A stretch of DNA of 64,000 bases from Candidatus Zhuqueibacterota bacterium (GCA_049322915.1 JBMOPW010000014.1:445517-509516); one strand, 5' to 3'. Counted from the first letter of the stretch, positions 10,704-20,066 are shown. Notes: generated by a model not told the origin, from the letters alone. Translations and numbers: made by a program.

Positions 10704-12076
10704 TTTTCTTCCTTAAAATGAAAAAGGGTGTCTGATGCGTGCAGCGACAAGGCTTGCAAGCTGGGCGGATCGGCTAACAGTTCATCGACGCGACCTCTCA
10801 GCCCCAGATTTTCCAATAGGCAGCAGACGGTGATGATTCGGGTATGAGTGCAAAAGTCGATATATTTCGCTGATGAGCCGGGATAGGTGCAATTGACATG
10901 ACAATTGCCAGCGCAGCTAAATCGGCAGAAACAATTTGCACAACGCGGCTTATTGTAAACCAGATTTCGGAGGTGTTTCATTTTTTCGAAATCGATTTCC
11001 ACGTGACCCTGGGGTGACACATGGCCCACGCTCAGGTCGAGATTTTTACTTGCCCAGTCGCTTGCATGCAAATAGCAACTGGCTACCGTTCCATCCGGGT
11101 GAACGATGAGCACGTCCCGGCCAACAGGGCAGGATGTGGTCTGTACCGTGTCCAATGAAACAGGCGCATACACCGGTTCGATCATGTGATCCCGTAGAAT
11201 TCGCCAGCTTCGAATGCAGGCTCCGGCAAACTCGTACGGATCCGGCGGGAATAAGCCCGCAGCGGCGGATCGGGAGTTCGGTGTGAGCGTTTCGAAATTG
11301 ACTTTGTCCGGCTGAAATTCCGTGCAGAACCACTGCGCCATGGCCTCCATCTCGTTCACAGAGTCCGACGTTATGCAACATCGTATGGCGAGGTCGACAC
11401 TGCTGTCGGATAAATACCTGATGGTCTCAGCCACTTGGTCGTAGCTGCCCTGATGGGAGTTCATGGGGCGCATCCTGTCGTGATATTTCTGAAAACCATC
11501 GAACGAGACCACCACCCGGTCGAAATAATCTCTGACGAACCGGCGCTGCCTTTCTGAGAAGCAGCCATTGGTTAGCACTTCAAAGTGGGGGATGAGCCCA
11601 ATTTTTGACGCCACGAACCGTGTATGGTGTACAGCAATGTCGATGATTTCAGGCTCTGCAAACGGTTCGCCGCCGAAAAACTGAATGGATAACACTCTTC
11701 TGTTGCTATTCCAGGTTAGCTCTGCGTAATAATCGATTGCCGCGATCATTCTGTCCGGGTCGATGGTTTGCTCTCTACCGTAATCCTCCCCAAAATCACA
11801 GTAAATGCAGGACATATTGCAGCGCCGGCTGGGGATGATACCCAGGAATTGAGGATCCAGCCCACCGGTCCGATCTGGATTACGAGTCGCCGGCGTCCGT
11901 AGCTGTTCAATCAACGAAGTCAATTCGCCATGAGCAGGTGAGTCCTTGCCGTTCTGCAATCCTCGTTTCAAGAGGTCAACGGCGCTTTCATTGAGCAAAG
12001 CAGTGATGCCGTGCAGTGGCGCAAACAGCAGGAATGAATCCAGCGCCGGCACGACAAAAATCGAATTGCCACGCAT
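10700..12076 (-). CDS. Radical SAM / SPASM protein with N-terminal extension
   Basis: CNMSCIYC, FFGGEP, SFDG and SPASM CPVG..C..CANC..CAGNC. Start MRGNS lies 1 bp after the upstream stop. Confidence 0.92.
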   Translation of the reverse strand: MRGNSIFVVPALDSFLLFAPLHGITALLNESAVDLLKRGLQNGKDSPAHGELTSLIEQLRTPATRNPDRTGGLDPQFLGIIPSRRCNMSCIYCDFGEDYGREQTIDPDRMIAAIDYYAELTWNSNRRVLSIQFFGGEPFAEPEIIDIAVHHTRFVASKIGLIPHFEVLTNGCFSERQRRFVRDYFDRVVVSFDGFQKYHDRMRPMNSHQGSYDQVAETIRYLSDSSVDLAIRCCITSDSVNEMEAMAQWFCTEFQPDKVNFETLTPNSRSAAAGLFPPDPYEFAGACIRSWRILRDHMIEPVYAPVSLDTVQTTSCPVGRDVLIVHPDGTVASCYLHASDWASKNLDLSVGHVSPQGHVEIDFEKMKHLRNLVYNKPRCANCFCRFSCAGNCHVNCTYPGSSAKYIDFCTHTRIITVCCLLENLGLRGRVDELLADPPSLQALSLHASDTLFHFKEEK

Positions 12077-12077
12077 G

Positions 12078-13427
12078 TCAACGGATGATTTTTTCACCAT
12101 GCCACACGCTGCCTGATTTTTCGACATAGTACAATAGCAATTCCCTTGTGAGTTCCCGATTCAATTGACATCTGGGACTATATCCATTGCGCCCGGAATC
12201 GCCATCATGAAACGCCTTGGGCGGACAATCTCCGGCGCAGTGATAATAACAGAAACATCCTTTGGCCTTGCATTGGGCCTTGCGCGCTTCAATTTTATCC
12301 GCTAACTTTTTCTGTTTCGCTTCGTTGATGTGCAGCGCGCCGTTCTCATCCAGCCTGCCGTAGAAAAACAGGTCGCTGAGAGCATGCTCCCTGTCATAGA
12401 CCTCGTAACATGCGGTGAGCTCGCTGTCATGATTCACAATGAGCGCAACGTCCCGAGCCAGACAGAATTGATCGGTGACAATCCAGGGTCGTGCGCCGGA
12501 ATAATACAGATGGCGCTCATGAGAATTGGCAATCTCCAGAGCCTTGGTGAAGACGCTGGCAAAGGCCCGATAGTTTTTCAAATAGTTATTTTTCAAGTGA
12601 GCGCGGCCGTGACTGAATACCGGCTCCACTTGAAAGACATTGCAGCGGGACTCTCGGCACAAGAAATCGATACTCGCCGGAAGGGATTCGATGGAATCGT
12701 CCATGACGCTCAGGCGAATGCCGTAAGGAATATTCCGCTCATCGATTGCGTTCATCGTCTCAAAAACGCGGTCGAAGCTGGGCTTTCCGGCAGCAGCCGG
12801 TCGCTGCCGATTTTGGATTTCCGGCAGACCGTCGCAGGACAGTGAAACTTCGGAGATGCCCAAATCCAGAATTTGCTCTGCTTCGGTCTTCTTCAAATAG
12901 CCGTTGGTGGTGAGTGAAATTTTGCAGGGCAGCGCTTTTCCCCCGGCATAGCGAATCAGTTCGAACAACTGCTTTTTAACAACCGTGGGCTCGCCGCCGC
13001 CGTGAATGCTCAGCGTAAAGCTATCTTTCCTCTGCTCCGTGGCATTTCGGCACGCAATGTCAATGGCTTTTTTCCCCGTCTCCACTGGCATCACTTTGCC
13101 TGTGCGATTCCCTGACGAGGCGTAACAATAAACGCACTGCAAATTGCAGGCAGTCGTCAGCAGCAGCACGCAGGTGGTTGGCCTTTCAGCCAGCGTTTTG
13201 TGGACTCCACGGAGCGTTCGTCTGTTGGGTGAAAAATAACCGATCTGTTCAAGGATAGTGATTGCCTCTGGTTGGACTCCCCGACGCTCATGAGTTCCGT
13301 GCACGTCAGTGAGAACTTCTTTCATGGCTTGATTGGCAATGAACGCTAAGGGCTTGAACGGAAGATAGACAAGATACTTATCCTCGACCGGGATGAAAAA
13401 GATCGGATTGTCGTTTCTATCGACCAA
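12078..13427 (-). CDS. Radical SAM / SPASM protein with N-terminal extension
   Basis: CNLQCVYC, HGGGEP and C-terminal CFCYYHCAGDC; TTG start after GGAG. Confidence 0.92.
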   Translation of the reverse strand: MVDRNDNPIFFIPVEDKYLVYLPFKPLAFIANQAMKEVLTDVHGTHERRGVQPEAITILEQIGYFSPNRRTLRGVHKTLAERPTTCVLLLTTACNLQCVYCYASSGNRTGKVMPVETGKKAIDIACRNATEQRKDSFTLSIHGGGEPTVVKKQLFELIRYAGGKALPCKISLTTNGYLKKTEAEQILDLGISEVSLSCDGLPEIQNRQRPAAAGKPSFDRVFETMNAIDERNIPYGIRLSVMDDSIESLPASIDFLCRESRCNVFQVEPVFSHGRAHLKNNYLKNYRAFASVFTKALEIANSHERHLYYSGARPWIVTDQFCLARDVALIVNHDSELTACYEVYDREHALSDLFFYGRLDENGALHINEAKQKKLADKIEARKAQCKAKGCFCYYHCAGDCPPKAFHDGDSGRNGYSPRCQLNRELTRELLLYYVEKSGSVWHGEKIIR

Positions 13428-13440
13428 TGGGCTATCTCCA

Positions 13441-14673
13441 TTAATTTGGATACCAATACCCGCAACTGGAGCAACTTGATGTGCTGACCGTATCGCATGT
13501 GCAGACCGTGTTGCAGCTACAGATGGTGTCGCACGTGCAGGCAAAACCACCAGGATAAGTCTCATCGTAAACTTCTTCCGTCAGGGCAGGGTCATGCAGT
13601 GACTTGATGAACTTGCCACTTAAATCCCACAGATAAATGTGGCGATCATCTCCGGCAGATGCGAACATGGAATTATCTGGACTAAAAACGACGCTAGTCA
13701 CCCACCCCGAATGAGCTTGCAAAGTGTTCAGCAGGGAACAAGCGGGAAAGCTTCTGATCTGAAAAGACGAATCACCGCCGCTGATGACCATCGCGTTGCT
13801 GTATTTATTGATGTCAAAAGTTTGGATGAAAGGGGAGTTCGTATGAAATGATTTGTACAGAATGCCTTCAGGCAACAGCCAGACATCGATGAGGTCACCG
13901 ATAAAACCGGATGAGACCAGGAACATGCCATCCGGACTGAAAGCAAGAAGCGCCGCTGAATAGGTGAGATTAATTGTTTTTTTGAGATTGCCGTTTGGCA
14001 ATCCCCACAATTTGATGGTCTGGTCACTACTTCCTGATGCTATTGTCGCACCATCCGGGCTGATGGCGACTGCGTTGATGTAAACCAAATGTCCCACGAG
14101 CGAGTTAATCTCTGTATTATCGCGCAGGCTCCATAAATTCACAGTTAGCATATGTCCGGCCGTCGCCAGCATGGAACTGTCAGGACTGATAGCAAAGTCA
14201 TTGCCGATGAACCTGCTCCTCATGACGCCGTCGGGCAAGTTCCAAATAGTGATGATACTATCTGTCGCCCTCGAAGCAAGCATGGTACCATCCCGACTGT
14301 AAGCCACTTTTTTTACAGCATAATAGGGTGATGCGTCAATTGTCCGCACCAGACTACCATCGGATACGCGCCACAGTTTGACTTTTCTGTCGTCGCTACC
14401 AGACGCCAGCATTGTCGCGTCGGGGCTGAAAGCGACTGACGAAATGGATGAGCTATGAGCAAACTGAATGACTTTTTTCCGCTGCGCTTCCGTTTCCTTC
14501 GAGGATGTTGGATCTTCACAACCGCTGAGAGTTGAGCCCAAAGCAATACCTGATGTGATTGCCGAGCCAAGCCCGAGAAAATTTCGTCGCGACAGAGATT
14601 TGTCGTCCTTGGTTTTTTGGATGGCGTAAATCTCCGGTTCTTCAGGCGATTTCAATCGTTGTTTTTTCATCAT
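13441..14673 (-). CDS. Tat lipoprotein with WD40 repeats and a Cys-rich C-terminal tail (..CGYWYPN)
   Basis: SRRNFLG Tat motif, LSGC lipobox, about 7 WD40 repeats (FSPD..LASGSDD..KLW), tail CTCDTICSCNTVCTCDTV. Confidence 0.9.
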   Translation of the reverse strand: MMKKQRLKSPEEPEIYAIQKTKDDKSLSRRNFLGLGSAITSGIALGSTLSGCEDPTSSKETEAQRKKVIQFAHSSSISSVAFSPDATMLASGSDDRKVKLWRVSDGSLVRTIDASPYYAVKKVAYSRDGTMLASRATDSIITIWNLPDGVMRSRFIGNDFAISPDSSMLATAGHMLTVNLWSLRDNTEINSLVGHLVYINAVAISPDGATIASGSSDQTIKLWGLPNGNLKKTINLTYSAALLAFSPDGMFLVSSGFIGDLIDVWLLPEGILYKSFHTNSPFIQTFDINKYSNAMVISGGDSSFQIRSFPACSLLNTLQAHSGWVTSVVFSPDNSMFASAGDDRHIYLWDLSGKFIKSLHDPALTEEVYDETYPGGFACTCDTICSCNTVCTCDTVSTSSCSSCGYWYPN

Positions 14674-14819
14674 TTCATCTCCTGTAATAGGGTGAAGTGT
14701 TGAATCCCCATTGTGGAAATTAAATAGAATTTTAAAGATTCACGATTCACTCGATTTCGGCTATCGGTGATCATTGGCCATTAAAGCAGAATCGTGCGCG
14801 GTGAATGTTTCTTGTTGAA

Positions 14820-16484
14820 TCAATTTGGATACCAGTAACCGCAACTGGCGCAACTGCTGCAACTGGAACAACTGCTGCAGCTTGAACAGCTACTGCATGA
14901 AGTGCCGATGGTGACTGTATCGCACACACAGGTAATTTCACCGGTCAAAGAAGTGCCTGTGGAAATGGTGATGGTATCGCACGTGCACACAAGATTGCAG
15001 GTGCACACAGAATTGCTGAAAACTGGCTCTCGCTGTTTGACGGTGCGGCAATCGATTTTTGTCACCAGCGCCGGATCGTAGAGGCACCAGTATGGATTGC
15101 CGGTTGGCATTGTCCAGAGCTTGAGCGTGAGGTCCCAGGCGCCGGACGCCAGCATTGCGCCGTCAGGAGTGAAGGCAATCGTCATGACTGTGTAAGAATG
15201 TCCGGAAAGGCTTTTTATTAATTTTCCATCCGGCAGGCTCCACAGCATAATTACGGTATCCAGCCCGGCGGACGCCAGCATTTTCCCATCCGGGCTGACG
15301 GCGATCGTGATAACGGAAAAGCTGTGTCCCTGCAATGTTTGCAGCAAAGTGAATTTTAATTGATCGTCAGATGCTGAAACAGGGTTTTTCTTGTCGCACC
15401 CGGAAATCACCGAGGCAACGGCGGCGGTCGCGCCGATGAGCAACGCCGTATCGCTCGCTTTTCGTCCTGAGCCATGGCTAACCAATTCATTTTGAAGTGG
15501 AATTGGGGATGGTGGCTCACCGCTGATGCGGTCGGAATGATTGCGCTGGCTTCCATGAAGCGCTATAAATGCTGTCAGCGCAGCGACCTTATATTCATCC
15601 GATTGTTTTTCAATGAGCAATTCGCCTGGTGGGTTTTTCGTGACGAAATTCTCTCCGGTCCCAGAAATGCTCCATACTTTGATTGTTGTATCCCCGCTGC
15701 CGGAGAACAGGCGTGTGCCGTCCGGGCTGAACTTGACCGATGAGACGTATGCTGCATGGCCATCCAGAGTTTTCAGCAATTTCCCATCTGGGATTCTCCA
15801 GATTTTGATGGTTTCATCGACACTGCCAGAAGCCAGCAGCGTGCCATCCGGGCTGAAACAGACTGTACTGACGGTTTCAGTATGGCTTTTGAATGATTCC
15901 AGCAATTTGCCATCAGGCAGGCTCCACAACTTAATCGTTTTATCCACGCTGCCGGAAGCCAGTAGCGTGCCATCCGGGCTAACTGCCAGACAATAGATAT
16001 CGCCAACATGGCCGCTTAGCGTTTTCAGTTGCACCCCATCGGATACGCGCCATAATTTAATGAACGTGCCTATCCCCCCTGAGACCAGGATCGTCCCATC
16101 GGGGCTGAACGCCAGACAGTAAATTTCCGATGAGCTATCTTCGATCGTCCGGCTCAAATCTCCATTCGGCAGATTCCAAAATTTGATTTTTTTATCGTTG
16201 CTTCCGGATGCCAATAGTTTTCCGTCATGGCTGATGACGACAGAGTAAATTCCATTTGTATGGGCAGTTACATTATTACATAGTTCACTGGAGAGTTTAC
16301 CACCTTCTCCCACTGTTTGGGCCATCGCACGTTTTGCCCCATTTGCGCCAAGCATCACACCAGCGCCAATCCCCAGACCTAATCCCACAAAATTTCGCCG
16401 GCTGATACCATAATCGCTTTTGCTTTTTTGAAGTGCAAATATCTGTGGCGCTTCTCTCTTGCGGTTTCGATTTTTTTTATTCAT
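14820..16484 (-). CDS. Tat-exported WD40 protein with a Cys-rich C-terminal tail (..CGYWYPN)
   Basis: SRRNFVG Tat motif and AMA cleavage-like site, 7 WD40 repeats (5+2), tail with CxC units and SSC repeats. Confidence 0.9.
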   Translation of the reverse strand: MNKKNRNRKREAPQIFALQKSKSDYGISRRNFVGLGLGIGAGVMLGANGAKRAMAQTVGEGGKLSSELCNNVTAHTNGIYSVVISHDGKLLASGSNDKKIKFWNLPNGDLSRTIEDSSSEIYCLAFSPDGTILVSGGIGTFIKLWRVSDGVQLKTLSGHVGDIYCLAVSPDGTLLASGSVDKTIKLWSLPDGKLLESFKSHTETVSTVCFSPDGTLLASGSVDETIKIWRIPDGKLLKTLDGHAAYVSSVKFSPDGTRLFSGSGDTTIKVWSISGTGENFVTKNPPGELLIEKQSDEYKVAALTAFIALHGSQRNHSDRISGEPPSPIPLQNELVSHGSGRKASDTALLIGATAAVASVISGCDKKNPVSASDDQLKFTLLQTLQGHSFSVITIAVSPDGKMLASAGLDTVIMLWSLPDGKLIKSLSGHSYTVMTIAFTPDGAMLASGAWDLTLKLWTMPTGNPYWCLYDPALVTKIDCRTVKQREPVFSNSVCTCNLVCTCDTITISTGTSLTGEITCVCDTVTIGTSCSSCSSCSSCSSCSSCASCGYWYPN

Positions 16485-16504
16485 TACGGTTACTCCTTCT
16501 GGAA

Positions 16505-16921
16505 TTATGGTTCGTAATGCACATCATTCGCAGGAATACATATTCCCTGTTGCACGAACTGCAACGCAATTTCCCGGACACGCTGAAACCCTTCATCAAT
16601 GGGAAGTTTGTACTCCGATGAAAAATTCATACTAATCAAGTGAATACCGAGTCCCTGTTTGATATGGGATAGAAAAAAGACTTCTGGTGATCCTTTACAA
16701 TACTGACCAAGCGGTTCGTCGTTTTTATTGACAATAAAAATATCACCGGCGTTCTCTTTAATAGCAACATTGTCCCGCACACGGAATTTGAGTTGTCGGA
16801 ATTTGTTCTCATCCAGCTTCCATAAATCCGTCAGTTTAAAATGACGATGCCCGTCGCATTCTTCTTTTATCATATAAATATGGGACAGTAACTCTTTGAA
16901 AAAATAACGTCGTTGAGTCAT
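16505..16921 (-). CDS. Hypothetical protein; C-terminal part PqqD/RRE-like
   Basis: AAGGAAGGA RBS; C-terminal pattern ISMNFSSEYKL..RVREIALQFVQQGICIP resembles PqqD helices. Confidence 0.55.
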   Translation of the reverse strand: MTQRRYFFKELLSHIYMIKEECDGHRHFKLTDLWKLDENKFRQLKFRVRDNVAIKENAGDIFIVNKNDEPLGQYCKGSPEVFFLSHIKQGLGIHLISMNFSSEYKLPIDEGFQRVREIALQFVQQGICIPANDVHYEP

Positions 16922-16978
16922 GGCGTCCTTCCTTAAAACGTGTTCTCTGAGCGCCTATGTTCATCATCAGGCGCTACG

Positions 16979-17836
16979 TTATTCAAGCCGGGTGATGAAT
17001 TGGAAATTGGACAACCTGCCCCATTTCTCTTTCATGCACGTATCCGAAATCGATTGCGGCCGAGGCAGGAGACGGTCATTCATGTCATAGTAATAGCCTT
17101 GAATATTATTGATCCGCGCGCAACCGGCGAGTGTGCCGTCCGGATTCACTGTAACGCCATTGAAAAATGCGCCGCACGCGTAATTGAATCCGCAGCAGTT
17201 CGGCGCATGCCCCGGATATATGCCTAATTCCAGGCTGAGCCTTTCGTAGTTGTATTTAAACTCTTTCCACTCGAAATAGTCGAGCATCTGGTCCGGATTC
17301 CCCACGTAGGGAGTGACATTGTTGAACAACGAATTGGTATTTTTAGCGACGGCCAGCACTTCACCGTAACAATCTTTGTTCAAAAGCGATACCGTGTAAC
17401 TGATCCAATGGTTCAGGCCGGCGTCGTTCAGCATCGTCAATGCTTCGACGGCTTTGGTATAGACGCCCTGACCGCGAATGATGTCATTGATTTTTTCACT
17501 CCCGTCCAGCGAAATCTGAACGCACAGCTTTTCTTTGTACGGCAACAGAAGCGTCACATATTTATAAATCAATGTACCATTGCTCAATATGGAAACCCGA
17601 TCGAATTGAGAAAAGCAATACTCTAAAAATTGAAAAAACTCCGGGTGCAGTAATGGTTCGCCGCCACTTAAATAAATGACAGACATGTTCTGTCTGTTGC
17701 GCAGAACGTGTTTTATGGTTTCAAGTATATCTTTGAACAGGAGGAAATCCATTGACTGGGCTCTATCATGCTTTCGCGCGTAGCACGAAATGCATTTCAG
17801 GTTGCACGTTTCCAGTAATCGTAAATGAAACCACAT
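16979..17836 (-). CDS. Radical SAM protein (Twitch-like C-terminus)
   Basis: CNLKCISC, SGGEP, QISLDG and CGA..VNPDG..GC. Confidence 0.9.
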   Translation of the reverse strand: MWFHLRLLETCNLKCISCYARKHDRAQSMDFLLFKDILETIKHVLRNRQNMSVIYLSGGEPLLHPEFFQFLEYCFSQFDRVSILSNGTLIYKYVTLLLPYKEKLCVQISLDGSEKINDIIRGQGVYTKAVEALTMLNDAGLNHWISYTVSLLNKDCYGEVLAVAKNTNSLFNNVTPYVGNPDQMLDYFEWKEFKYNYERLSLELGIYPGHAPNCCGFNYACGAFFNGVTVNPDGTLAGCARINNIQGYYYDMNDRLLPRPQSISDTCMKEKWGRLSNFQFITRLE

Positions 17837-17845
17837 GGTTCGCCT

Positions 17846-19000
17846 TTACTTGGGGGTGACAGCGACAATGGCGCCTTTTTTGAAAATCGAAACAGGGGCA
17901 AGCGTTTTCAATGTCAAACCGTGAAAGCCATTGATTGAAATCTGCCGCTTGCTCCACTTGTCCGGATGAATGAATTCTATCCTGCCTGAGTCATCGTACA
18001 CAAGGCACGTTTCCAGATATTCGTCATCAATAATTTTTTCAAACGGTTGTCTAAGCAAGGCGATTATGTTCTGTCGTCGTTTTTTCACCTGCATCCGTTT
18101 ATTGATTGTCGAGCAGAAATTGAAGTTCAGCCCGCTGCCAGTGTCGGCTAACGCAGTGAGTATTTCTGTGACGACACCGGCGCTATCCATTGAAATTTCC
18201 GTGATATGTCCATCTTCAAACATGATTTTCCTGAAATGCTCAGCGTTCAAGCATGCGGAATGCGATTGGCTCTCTTTCATCAACTCGTGCACATTGAGAA
18301 ATTTTACGCCGGCGTCTTCGTAGCCCGGAATGGCCATTAAAAGTGCGGCTTTATCTCTCAGCAACAATGGGATTTCGACGGTAATGTTCCTGATTTTCTT
18401 TGCTGCATATTCCATAATTCGCATGACATGAATGTCATCGTATCCGGTAGCGGCTGTGTTGAACCTGATTTCGTCAAGCGCCAGATCGGAAAATGAATCG
18501 ACCTGGCGCTCCGTGAGTTGAACGCCATTGGTATAGAGCCAAAAATAATTATCTGGAAATTGACTTTTGAAAAATGTCAGCAGATCGGCGGTCCTTCGGA
18601 ACTTGCATAACGGCTCGCCACCAGAGAAGCTGATCCCCCTGATATGAACGCGCTGGTAATTAGTGGCGATCTGTCGTTTATCCCGACCCAGCGCTGAAAG
18701 CGGTACACCCGGCCTGTTCTTTAACGTGCTGATGCAAAATTCGCAGTCGAGGTTGCACGTCGGTGTAACGAACAGACAATCCCAATGACCGCTCTTGCAC
18801 AGCATGCACCCGGGCGACAGCTCCCCTCGGCAAATAGTCTGGCTATCACGATCCACCCGAATTCCAGGGAACTGCCGGGCGATGCTGTCCTGATATTCGC
18901 ACCAGATGGCTTGCAGTTCAGTGATATTGGTTTGTTGTGTCGGAGCGCTCGCTAACAGACTCGCTACAAACGCCGGAATTGTACACTTCGTGTTTTTCAT
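17846..19000 (-). CDS. Radical SAM protein with an extra N-terminal CxxC (COG2108-like)
   Basis: GELSPGCMLC, CNLDCEFC, SGGEP, LYTNG and LDEIRF motifs. Confidence 0.85.
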   Translation of the reverse strand: MKNTKCTIPAFVASLLASAPTQQTNITELQAIWCEYQDSIARQFPGIRVDRDSQTICRGELSPGCMLCKSGHWDCLFVTPTCNLDCEFCISTLKNRPGVPLSALGRDKRQIATNYQRVHIRGISFSGGEPLCKFRRTADLLTFFKSQFPDNYFWLYTNGVQLTERQVDSFSDLALDEIRFNTAATGYDDIHVMRIMEYAAKKIRNITVEIPLLLRDKAALLMAIPGYEDAGVKFLNVHELMKESQSHSACLNAEHFRKIMFEDGHITEISMDSAGVVTEILTALADTGSGLNFNFCSTINKRMQVKKRRQNIIALLRQPFEKIIDDEYLETCLVYDDSGRIEFIHPDKWSKRQISINGFHGLTLKTLAPVSIFKKGAIVAVTPK

Positions 19001-20066
19001 ATTCAAATAACAACCGGTTGATCCGGCACCGCAAACTCTGTGTGACCGGGTAAGCGGCTTCGTGGCTCAATCTGCACAGATCAGGGCAGCCTCTCACGCA
19101 TGAGTCCTGCACTTCGCACCTTACGCATTCCAGGTAAAGTTTGTGGGCGGAGCATTCTAAATCCCGGACCTTGTTAGTATTGATTAAAAATCGATTTGCT
19201 TCTACATCGTAATGCCCAATGGCAAACAAGCTTTCAATGGCTTCATCGTCTTTGAATAAACAGGCAGAGGCAATCCCGCGCCGTCCAATGAATAGGACAT
19301 TTTTAAAAAAATTGCAATACGGTCCATGCTGTTGATTGCTGCGATACCCGGAGTAATTGATCATTCCACCGGCGCGGGACACTATTTTTTTTGCTCTGAG
19401 AAAATTGAACACAAAGATATCCGGTTCAGGATAGAGTGCATTCCCGACACTCAAGCGGTACACGGGTTCCACCTGAAATTCGCGCAAGCCCAGGTCATCG
19501 ATGAAATGTGTCATGATTGGCGCCAGCAGATGTGCATTGTGCCTGGTTACAGTGATCCTGATGACAGGTATTTTCCGATTTTCGCTGAGAATGCGTAACG
19601 CAGCCATCACGCTCGGGTAAGTACCGGTTCCCGAAGTATGCCGTCTCTGAAAGTCGTGCGCATTTCGGTCACCGTCGAGAGAGAGACAGATACGATCGAA
19701 ATGGTTGGCGATCCAGGAATACTTATAATCCTCCATGCACCCATTGCTAGTAATGAATGAAAATAATGACAATCCTCTTTGCCGTAGCATGGCTGCAATG
19801 AATTCATGTATTTTTTTCAACAGATCAAACTGAAGGAGCGGTTCGCCGCTGCCCTGGAATCCCAGATAGAAAGGTTTCCGTTTGTTCAGGCAGTTGTCGA
19901 CAATCAACTCTGCCGCACATTGGATGCAGTTCAGAAAATCGTTCTCGTGCAGGTAGTGGTCGCAGGAGTGGTGATTCTGGGGCCGGGAATAACAGTAAAG
20001 GCAATCCAGGTTGCACTCCGAGCCGAGGCTAATTGTAAGACAGAGCGGTGAAAAAAGCATGTCCAT
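18918..20066 (-). CDS. Radical SAM / SPASM protein
   Basis: CNLDCLYC, GSGEP, SLDG and CVRC..CVRGCPDLC. Confidence 0.88.
   Translation of the reverse strand: MDMLFSPLCLTISLGSECNLDCLYCYSRPQNHHSCDHYLHENDFLNCIQCAAELIVDNCLNKRKPFYLGFQGSGEPLLQFDLLKKIHEFIAAMLRQRGLSLFSFITSNGCMEDYKYSWIANHFDRICLSLDGDRNAHDFQRRHTSGTGTYPSVMAALRILSENRKIPVIRITVTRHNAHLLAPIMTHFIDDLGLREFQVEPVYRLSVGNALYPEPDIFVFNFLRAKKIVSRAGGMINYSGYRSNQQHGPYCNFFKNVLFIGRRGIASACLFKDDEAIESLFAIGHYDVEANRFLINTNKVRDLECSAHKLYLECVRCEVQDSCVRGCPDLCRLSHEAAYPVTQSLRCRINRLLFEYEKHEVYNSGVCSESVSERSDTTNQYH

Noticed and set aside
13620..16270. Recurrent ~126-bp spaced DNA similarity
   Set aside because: Explained by WD40 protein repeats.
16880..16921. RRYFF near the N-terminus as a Tat signal
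   Set aside because: No hydrophobic h-region follows, so it is not an export signal.
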